Assembly (NCBI GenBank): GCA_045803545.1
Contig: JBJMOW010000005.1
Location: 1,344,001 to 1,408,000, forward strand
Reading direction: 5' to 3'
DNA: 64,000 nucleotides
Origin: Gemmatimonadaceae bacterium
GTDB taxonomy: Bacteria > Gemmatimonadota > Gemmatimonadetes > Gemmatimonadales > Gemmatimonadaceae
The notes beneath the pieces were generated by a model. It was given only the letters and a program-made list of their open reading frames with translations, did not search any database and was not told where the DNA came from. Below are positions 38,012 to 45,086 of the stretch, piece by piece. The translations under genes and the position numbers were made by a program. Numbering within the stretch: position 1 is the first letter of the stretch; each line of letters starts with the position of its first letter.

Positions 38012-39234
38012 GACTGAAGCGGGACCGAGGCCCGATGACTAAGTGCATCGATCATCGCGGACTAAGTGAGAATCTTGGACTAAAGCGCGCTTTTGTCTGC
38101 AATTCTCGATTAGTCAGCAATCATAGATGCCGTTGGTCATCGGGCCTCGGTCAAAGCTTGCAGCTCACAGCTTTTCTGCTCGTTGCCGCCGCATGCTCCA
38201 ATGCCGCGCACAATGGCACCACTGCGCCTCCGCCCGTCGGGTGCACTTTCAAGAATCCAATCGACGACGGGGCGGATCCGTGGATAGTCAAGAGCGGCAC
38301 GAACTATTACTACGTCGAGTCGAAGGACAATGGCATTTATGTCTATCGCTCGACTGCATTGACGGCGCCGAAGCAGAATCCGGTGAAGGTGTGGACTGCC
38401 CCGGCGTCGGGGTGGAACGAGACCAACATTTGGGCGCCGGAGCTACATCACATTGGCACCCACTGGTACATCTACTATGCCGGTGGCCAGCGTCATCCGA
38501 ACGGACAGGACGCGCCGTTTACGACGCAGCATGCAGGCGTGCTCGAATCAGATGTCGACGATCCGCAGGGCAACTACACGGATCGCGGAATGCTGTACAC
38601 TGGTGATGATGTTCAGGGTGGGACCAACAACGTTTGGGCGATCGATCTGACCGTTCACACAATCAATGGTCAGCAGTACGCGGTGTGGTCGGGTTGGGAT
38701 CAAAACAATCCGACGACTGACAAGATCTCGCAGAATCTTTATATCGCGCGGATGTCGAGCCCGACTACGATTTCAACGAGTCGCGTAAAGCTGGCGGCTC
38801 CCGATCAAAGCTGGGAGAGCGGCCCCGAGCTGGCGCTCGAGGAAGGACCCGAATTCCTGGAACACAACGGCAACACCTTCATCATTTACTCGACCAACGA
38901 CTCGTGGCTGCCGTCGTATCAGCTCGGTGAGCTGCGAATGACATCATCGACTGCGGATCCCTTGAGCGCGAGCAGCTATACGAAAGTAGGACCTGTCTTC
39001 TCTGGGGCCACCGACGTTTACGGTGTCGGTCACGCGAGCTTCACCGTTTCACCGGACGGCACCGAAGACTGGATCGTGTACCACTCGAAGAAAGACCCTG
39101 CGCCCGGTTGGAATCGCGCGATTCGCGCGCAAAAGTTCACCTGGGCCGCCGATGGATCACCGGCGTTTGGCACTCCGACGCCGACGGGTCAGGCCGTCGC
39201 GATGCCGGCAGGACAATGCATGGGACTCGACTAA
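38008..39234 (+). CDS. glycoside hydrolase family 43 (arabinofuranosidase-like) lipoprotein
   Basis: ADPW, IWAPELH, WAID, EGP, YGVGHASF. GTG 38008 overlaps the susD stop; alternative start TTG 38158. Confidence 0.9.
   Translation: MRLKRDRGPMTKCIDHRGLSENLGLKRAFVCNSRLVSNHRCRWSSGLGQSLQLTAFLLVAAACSNAAHNGTTAPPPVGCTFKNPIDDGADPWIVKSGTNYYYVESKDNGIYVYRSTALTAPKQNPVKVWTAPASGWNETNIWAPELHHIGTHWYIYYAGGQRHPNGQDAPFTTQHAGVLESDVDDPQGNYTDRGMLYTGDDVQGGTNNVWAIDLTVHTINGQQYAVWSGWDQNNPTTDKISQNLYIARMSSPTTISTSRVKLAAPDQSWESGPELALEEGPEFLEHNGNTFIIYSTNDSWLPSYQLGELRMTSSTADPLSASSYTKVGPVFSGATDVYGVGHASFTVSPDGTEDWIVYHSKKDPAPGWNRAIRAQKFTWAADGSPAFGTPTPTGQAVAMPAGQCMGLD
38023..38152 (+). repeat. palindromic element copy B (62-nt arms, 6-nt loop)
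   Basis: 17-bp perfect terminal IR GACCGAGGCCCGATGAC; left arm is 48/62 identical to copy A without gaps. Confidence 0.92.
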
Positions 39235-39296
39235 CGGCCGACATCCAGCTGCGTTGATCGCCGCGCGGCGCGGCAGCAATTTGTGGAGTTACTGAC

Positions 39297-39902
39297 TTAC
39301 GCCGCGCGGAATGCGTTAGCGCACCATCGACTCGTGTCGTTCTCGAGTTGAATCGTCGCTCCGGTGTTGGTTCCCAGTTGGGCAACCGTTTCGCGTACCG
39401 CGCTGGCGACACAGAGAGAGGCGTCCTCAGCCGTCAGGCCGGCGGTGCGTAACCCGGTGGCATGAGCCTCGACCATTTCGCGCATGCGAAGACGCTCGAC
39501 GCGGCAGGATTGGAGTAACCTGCTGCGCTCCACACGTTGGACAAAATTTTCCTCCAACGCGGCTTTAGCATGGGCGTGGAGCGCTTGAGCGCGGTTCATT
39601 CTGACGAGGTGGGCGAAAAGCGCGGAGCTGAGGGTGCGGCTACTGCCATTGACCTTAGCGGAGATTCTGCTGGCCCTCTCTGAAAGCGCCCACAGCTCGC
39701 GCTCATTGAGCTGGTGCCAATTCCGCGGGAAAATCCAGAGCCGCCGCACCATTTCTCGGGAGTCGAAAACCAGAGAGACAGCTCCCTGTGCCCCGGGCAC
39801 GCCGTGCCCATCAGCCTCGCGCACGATCCACGTCACGTCGTCGCGTTTGAAGCTCCGGCATGGCGAGTGAGTGACTGCAGAATCCGGCCGCCCCGCCCTC
39901 AT
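39297..39902 (-). CDS. hypothetical protein
   Basis: N-terminal W.V.E...PGA.G..LVFDS...RR.W..P.NW segment followed by a coiled-coil-like region; start uncertain. Confidence 0.6.
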   Translation of the reverse strand: MRAGRPDSAVTHSPCRSFKRDDVTWIVREADGHGVPGAQGAVSLVFDSREMVRRLWIFPRNWHQLNERELWALSERASRISAKVNGSSRTLSSALFAHLVRMNRAQALHAHAKAALEENFVQRVERSRLLQSCRVERLRMREMVEAHATGLRTAGLTAEDASLCVASAVRETVAQLGTNTGATIQLENDTSRWCANAFRAA

Positions 39903-39999
39903 AATCTCATTTTAGCCTTCCCCCGCGATAGCGCAATCCTCGTCCGGTACGGAAGTGACTCCCGAGGCGTATCGGCGCCGCGACGCGTCCGACGCTATC

Positions 40000-41709
40000 C
40001 TATGGCGTCGAGGCTGGGATCGCGCTCGGCACTTCGCTGGCCGGCTCTATCACGGGGTCGTTGGACTCGAGCAGAATCGTCTCGAGATCGAGATCACGGA
40101 GGATTCGACGCATCACATCGTCGCCAATCACCCCGCGATCGCGCAGGCCGAGCACCGCCTGCTGCTCGGCCTTGAGCATTGCGGATCTCAGGTGCCGGTA
40201 TTCGTCAGCCCGACGCTCGTCGATCACTGCGGCTTCGTGTGAGGGGGCGATTGTTAGATGCTCGTGCGGCTCGTCGCCGGTGTGGACCTCGTGTGCGCGC
40301 TCCTTCTGCTCCTTGGCCGCCCAGCGCCGGGCGCGTTGGCGGTGGCGGACCGCGAGGTAACGTGCGACCTCGGGATATTTGCCGGCCTTCGCGAAGTCAT
40401 CGATGACGCGCAACCCGGCTTCGGCAGCGGCGAGGCGAGCGTGTGCTTCTTCAGCGCCTTCGTTTTCATCCACGCCCACGCGTAATCGCCGCGCGAGCCA
40501 CGCAACCGTTGGACCCTGGAGTACCAGCGTGAAGAAAATGACCCCGAAGGTGATGAAGATGATCTGCGCGCGTGCGGGGAATGCGACGCCGCTGGCAGTG
40601 GTTAGCGGGAGCGCCAGTGCGAGCACCAGGGAATCCGCGCCGCGCAACCCTGTCCATGAGATGAAGAAGACCACACGCAATGGCGGCAGCGGATCGTCGC
40701 CCAGTCCGACCCAGCGTCCAAGTGTGCGGAAGATATAAGTGCTGGGAATCGCCCAAAGGATTCGCACTAGTACTACGAAAACGCTAACCACCAATGCTTC
40801 TCTAAACAGCGTCGCCAGCGGCACCCTCTCGAGCGAACCCGCGACGATCGGTAGCTCGAGGCCGACAAGAATGAAAATCAGACTCTCGAGTAGAAAAGTC
40901 ACGATTGTCCACGTGCTGGCGACAAGCAGTCGTGTCGCCGCTGGCTGCTCGGGCCAGAGTGTGCGTGCCAGATAGAGACCGCACGCCAGCACGGACAGCA
41001 CACCAGATGTGCCGAGGAAATCCGCCGCGAGATACGCGGCGAACGGCGTGAGCAGAGAGAGTGTGTTCGAGACGACGGTGATGTCGCGAGCGAGGCGATG
41101 CGCGCGTGCGATCACCCAGCCGAGCGCGAGCCCGATAATGACACCGCCGGCGCCGGCGATAAGGAACTGTATCACCGCGTGGGACATCGAGAACGCCCCT
41201 GTCACAACGGCCGCCACGGAGAAGCGATAGAGAATCAGCGCCGTCGCATCGTTCAACAGACCTTCGCCTTCGAGAATGCTCTCGACGGTGCGCGGCAATC
41301 GCATCGCGCGTAGCACCGACAACACGGCGACCGGATCGGGCGGCGAGATGATCGCGCCGAGTGTGAACGCCGCCGCCCAGGTGAAGGCAGGATGGAGTGC
41401 GTGTGCGACTGCAGCTACGGCCAGCGTTGTCACCAGGACCATCACCACCGACAGCCGCAGAATCGGACCAGCTTGTTGTCGAAGCTCGCGCAGCGGAAAC
41501 TGGATAGCGCCGGCGTAGAGCAGCGGCGGGATGAAAATCAGAAACAAAACATCCGGCGAGAGATTTACACGGGGCAGGCCGGGCACGAGGGCGAGGATGA
41601 ATCCGCCGACTACCAGCACCGTCGGATAAGGGATGTTCACTCGCTCGGCCGCGATGCGGAGACCGGCGGCGACGGCGAGGCAAATCAGGATTAGCTCGAG
41701 ACCGTGCAC
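40000..41709 (-). CDS. Na+/H+ antiporter, CPA1 family
   Basis: IPYP..LV.GG, FIPPLLY, SPPDPVAV, EGEGLLNDAT, WTGLRG, LQGPT. Confidence 0.93.
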   Translation of the reverse strand: MHGLELILICLAVAAGLRIAAERVNIPYPTVLVVGGFILALVPGLPRVNLSPDVLFLIFIPPLLYAGAIQFPLRELRQQAGPILRLSVVMVLVTTLAVAAVAHALHPAFTWAAAFTLGAIISPPDPVAVLSVLRAMRLPRTVESILEGEGLLNDATALILYRFSVAAVVTGAFSMSHAVIQFLIAGAGGVIIGLALGWVIARAHRLARDITVVSNTLSLLTPFAAYLAADFLGTSGVLSVLACGLYLARTLWPEQPAATRLLVASTWTIVTFLLESLIFILVGLELPIVAGSLERVPLATLFREALVVSVFVVLVRILWAIPSTYIFRTLGRWVGLGDDPLPPLRVVFFISWTGLRGADSLVLALALPLTTASGVAFPARAQIIFITFGVIFFTLVLQGPTVAWLARRLRVGVDENEGAEEAHARLAAAEAGLRVIDDFAKAGKYPEVARYLAVRHRQRARRWAAKEQKERAHEVHTGDEPHEHLTIAPSHEAAVIDERRADEYRHLRSAMLKAEQQAVLGLRDRGVIGDDVMRRILRDLDLETILLESNDPVIEPASEVPSAIPASTP

Positions 41710-41794
41710 TTGCTAAACGGCTTTAGTATTCCGTAATCCCACTGTCATCCTTGCGCTAAAACATACGCCGCAACCCGCTCACGATTTGCATTTC

Positions 41795-41910
41795 GCGGCA
41801 AACCGCTTCGGTAGCGGGTATACCATTAAGGGGCTAACCGATTGGGCGACAAGCGGTTACAAAACCGCTCGGGTGACGAGGAATTTCCTCGATTAGTGGT
41901 TGCCGCTCCG
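41795..41910 (+). promoter_or_regulatory. candidate structured leader resembling a c-di-GMP-I riboswitch
   Basis: Stem TAACCG/CGGTTA capped by GCGA, CAAAA junction, stem AACCGCT/AGTGGTT ending in GCCG; several consensus positions differ. Confidence 0.3.
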
Positions 41911-41970
41911 CGAGCCCCTGAGTCCAATGCATGAACGGTGAATTCTCGCCGGGCCCAAAGGAGATACACA

Positions 41971-42336
41971 ATGAGCAACAAAAAGGGTTTTACCCTGATC
42001 GAACTTTTGATCGTCGTCGTCATCATCGGCATTCTTGCCGCGATTGCGATTCCGAAATTTGCGAATACAAAGGACAAGGCGTACGTCGCCGCGATGAAGT
42101 CTGACCTGCGCAACATGGCGACCTACGAAGAGCAGTACGCTGCCGACAACGGTGGTGCGTATTTCGGTGGCACCGCGACTTCCGCGGCTCCTCTGCAGGG
42201 CTTCACGCCTTCGCAGAACGTGACGGTCGTAGTCACGAACGTCGCTGGCCCGCCGCCTTCATGGAGCGCAACCGCCACGCACTCGCAGTCTGCGAAGGTT
42301 TGCGACATGACCAACGGTGTAATTACCTGCGTGTAA
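41971..42336 (+). CDS. type IV major pilin (PilA-like), paralog 2
   Basis: AAGGAG RBS; KKG|FTLIE; 108/121 aa identical to paralog 1. Confidence 0.95.
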   Translation: MSNKKGFTLIELLIVVVIIGILAAIAIPKFANTKDKAYVAAMKSDLRNMATYEEQYAADNGGAYFGGTATSAAPLQGFTPSQNVTVVVTNVAGPPPSWSATATHSQSAKVCDMTNGVITCV

Positions 42337-42355
42337 TTAGCCCGATCAGATAATG

Positions 42356-42387
42356 AAAAAGGGAGCGTCGAAAGGCGCTCCCTTTTT
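42356..42387. terminator. bidirectional intrinsic terminator
   Basis: AAAAA-GGGAGCGTC-GAAA-GGCGCTCCC-TTTTT between convergent genes. Confidence 0.9.
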
Positions 42388-42405
42388 ATTGGCAAAACGT
42401 AACTT

Positions 42406-44160
42406 CTAAGGTTTGACCGCCGGCAGAATGTATTTCGTTAGAAGATCTCCACCGACAAACCGCCAGCCGCGGCTAGCATAGCTTCCGCCATTCGTCGCCA
42501 CCACCAGTCGAAGCTCAGGGAAGACCATCACGATCTGACCGCCGTTGCCGAGTGCAGCGTAGCCACGGATCGTGCGATTGCCGACTGTGAACGACTGCGG
42601 CCACCAAAGAAGTCCGTAATCGCGGCCGCCAATTTTCGTCAGTGTCGACGAAGCTCGCTGGACAAAATCGTGGCTGAGGATTCGCCGACCATGCCACGTG
42701 CCGTCGTCGAGCATGAGTTGGCCGAATTTCATGAAGTCGCGCGTGACCAGACCCATACCGCCACCGCCATAGGGATTCCGCACGCGATCGATTGGCCAGA
42801 TGTACCGCGTGATGCCCATTGGAGTAGCGACCAACCGATCGAACAAATAAAACGGTGACTCCCCCGCCGCTCGGCCGGCAACGCCGAGCGCAAGATTGGG
42901 ATTGACGCTGCAATAGATCGCCGTATCACCCGGCGCGAACGCCATCGGCAAGCCGAGCGTGAACTTGTAGAAGTCGGTCTGCTTCTCCCACATCTGATTT
43001 TCGTTGCCGGCCGCATCGTCGTTGTTATCGTCGCAGAAATATCCGGACGACATCGTCATCAGATGCTCGAGAGTCATCGCCCGCTTACGCGGCTCGATAT
43101 TGGCGGGTATCGCACCGCCGTTCATGGCCTGATAGACAGGCATCGACAATTTGATCGGCGCACCGGCGAGCATTGCGGCACCAATTATCGTCGCGGATAC
43201 GCTTTTCGCAGCGGAGCGTTCGTTGTGCAGGTAGTTGCGATCGTCGCCGTGGAAGTACTCCTCGAGCACGAGCTTGCCGTTGCGCGCAATCAGTACGGAG
43301 TGAACCTGTGGCGCGTTGATCGAATCCATCGACATGTCAACGATCGCCTGCACCGCGCTCTCGATTCCCGCGCGGTCGATGCCGACCTGCTCCGCGCTCG
43401 CCGTCGGCCAGCCATCGTCGAGCGCGAGCGGAACCCGATAAGCGTAGCGGCCGGGAGATTTGCCGCGAGGATAGAAATCGCTGAGTGGATCATCGTCGAG
43501 AGCGAACTCATAGCTCCCGCCGCGGCCGCCGAAGTCGAGCCTGATTATTTTGTCGGCGGAATCGATTGTCCCCTTGGCGAGGACGCTGTCACCGTTTTGC
43601 GCTCGCCCGCCGACCAGAGTGATCGCGTTGCCGTTGCGAATCACGCTTCTCGCGCCGAGGAACCCGCCCCAGTCTCGTTCGATATTGCGCAGGACTGCGG
43701 CGAGAGTGCCGTCGGATCGTCTGCTTACCTGCAGATATATGGTCTCGGTGCCTTCCTGCCGGGCCAGCTGGCCCGACCAGCGATTCGCTCCTTTTGGTAC
43801 GAGTACGACCGGGTGACCCGCGCCGAGCTCGCCGGGCGGAGCGGAGAACCAGATACCGCGAACGGTGTTTCCAACGAGCTTGCCGCGAAATCCTCCCTCG
43901 TGATTCGGCAGCTCGAATGAGAATTCACCATTAGCCACGGTGACTGGGAAAGTGAAGCCCACCATGTCGGCGGTGTAGGTCGTCCCGCTACGCTCGATCA
44001 GAAGCGGACCGTTGGCAGGCGTTCCCGAGTAGCGTTTAGCTTTCCAGAGCCCGACGATGTCGCTGCCGGAATCGCGAGTTTGCGCCCGGAGAGGAAGGAC
44101 CGACGCCGCGCAGGCCAGAGCGAAAAGGACGAGCGCGCGAGTTCGTGGCCGTGAGATCAT
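42406..44160 (-). CDS. serine hydrolase, beta-lactamase class C-like family, secreted
   Basis: SxxK (RSAAKS), LEHLMTMSSG, YCS, GNGGQ; signal peptide. Confidence 0.88.
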   Translation of the reverse strand: MISRPRTRALVLFALACAASVLPLRAQTRDSGSDIVGLWKAKRYSGTPANGPLLIERSGTTYTADMVGFTFPVTVANGEFSFELPNHEGGFRGKLVGNTVRGIWFSAPPGELGAGHPVVLVPKGANRWSGQLARQEGTETIYLQVSRRSDGTLAAVLRNIERDWGGFLGARSVIRNGNAITLVGGRAQNGDSVLAKGTIDSADKIIRLDFGGRGGSYEFALDDDPLSDFYPRGKSPGRYAYRVPLALDDGWPTASAEQVGIDRAGIESAVQAIVDMSMDSINAPQVHSVLIARNGKLVLEEYFHGDDRNYLHNERSAAKSVSATIIGAAMLAGAPIKLSMPVYQAMNGGAIPANIEPRKRAMTLEHLMTMSSGYFCDDNNDDAAGNENQMWEKQTDFYKFTLGLPMAFAPGDTAIYCSVNPNLALGVAGRAAGESPFYLFDRLVATPMGITRYIWPIDRVRNPYGGGGMGLVTRDFMKFGQLMLDDGTWHGRRILSHDFVQRASSTLTKIGGRDYGLLWWPQSFTVGNRTIRGYAALGNGGQIVMVFPELRLVVATNGGSYASRGWRFVGGDLLTKYILPAVKP

Positions 44161-44290
44161 GATCCGAGCTCCGTTAGGGTGGACGACGATCGTTGGACAC
44201 GAAACTCTCGAAGATCGTTGATGCGTCACAACCCGAATGTGACGAACCGGCCTAATTCGGATGTGATGGAGACCGTTCGCGTAGGTACGA

Positions 44291-45013
44291 CTAGCGGTGT
44301 CGGACGCGCAGGTCGATGTAACTGTTGCCGTACCACCCGATCTTGAGCGGCACATTGGTGCTGTCGGTTGTTAGATCGGCGATGCCGTTCGCAGCGGCGA
44401 TCTGATTCTTTGGCGATATGAGAAGGGTGACAAGCACGACCAGCCTGCTGCCATTCTGAATCAGACGACTTGCGAAGCCGGCGGTGTTGAAATCGACAAA
44501 CTGTCGGATTCCCGGTTGCAGTGACATGTGACGCGCTCCCTCGACCAGGGCGGCCTGGTGTGTCGAGTAGCTCGATACAAGAACGTAGTCGCCGCTCGGC
44601 GTCAGCTCGTAAAGTGAGATCTCGAAATCAAAGCTCTGTTTGTTGGAGATGAGCTCGAGGCGGCCGGAGAAAACTCCGCTCAGCTCGAACGGGCCAGCGA
44701 GCGGTGGGCTGACGAACTGCACTCCGTTCCGGGTATCGATTTTTCGCGTCGGTGTGCCAATGACAGACGCGACGCGAGCCGAATCCTGACGCTCCTCGTT
44801 TTGTTCGACGTGAGTAGCGCCGCTGTAGCCGTTGGGCGTCAGGCGGTAACCGCTATCGACCCGAATGGGCGACAAATAGAGTCGGATCGACTGACCGGCG
44901 ATCCCGGTGTCCGCGATCGATTCCTTCCGCTGACTCGGCTGCTGCGCGTAGGCAATCGGGACTGACGCGGCCAAAGCCGCTGCCAGTACGAAGCAACTAA
45001 CCACAGGTCGCAC
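44291..45013 (-). CDS. secreted protein consisting of a CocE/NonD C-terminal-like domain
   Basis: FVSPPLAGPFELSG...DF...LYE...GSRLVV...SYIDL; no catalytic alpha/beta domain. Confidence 0.65.
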   Translation of the reverse strand: MRPVVSCFVLAAALAASVPIAYAQQPSQRKESIADTGIAGQSIRLYLSPIRVDSGYRLTPNGYSGATHVEQNEERQDSARVASVIGTPTRKIDTRNGVQFVSPPLAGPFELSGVFSGRLELISNKQSFDFEISLYELTPSGDYVLVSSYSTHQAALVEGARHMSLQPGIRQFVDFNTAGFASRLIQNGSRLVVLVTLLISPKNQIAAANGIADLTTDSTNVPLKIGWYGNSYIDLRVRHR

Positions 45014-45086
45014 CCCTAATCGCCCTTCGCCTTATTGCTATCTATTCGTTGTCGGGGTGATCCGCGGCGGGCGCAGCCTGCATCAC

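Noticed and set aside
38017..38157. AAGC as a target-site duplication around element copy B
   Set aside because: It is asymmetric relative to the arms, absent at copy A, and the implied empty site would be out of frame with the signal peptide.
41776..41790. Sigma-54 promoter for pilin 2
   Set aside because: TTGCA is present, but the -24 position reads CG, not GG.
26833..42336. Invertible segment or gene-conversion cassette between the inverted pilin genes
   Set aside because: Synonymous sites are heavily diverged, so identical DNA runs are short, and no recombinase is present in the window.
41971..42336. Conductive e-pilin, given the resemblance to Geobacter PilA
   Set aside because: Only 9 F/Y/W in 115 mature residues, Thr instead of an aromatic at position 27, and no cytochromes nearby.
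42406..44160. Antibiotic-resistance beta-lactamase
   Set aside because: It has YCS rather than YxN and lacks KTG; this fits the broad esterase/amidase serine hydrolase family, so resistance cannot be claimed.
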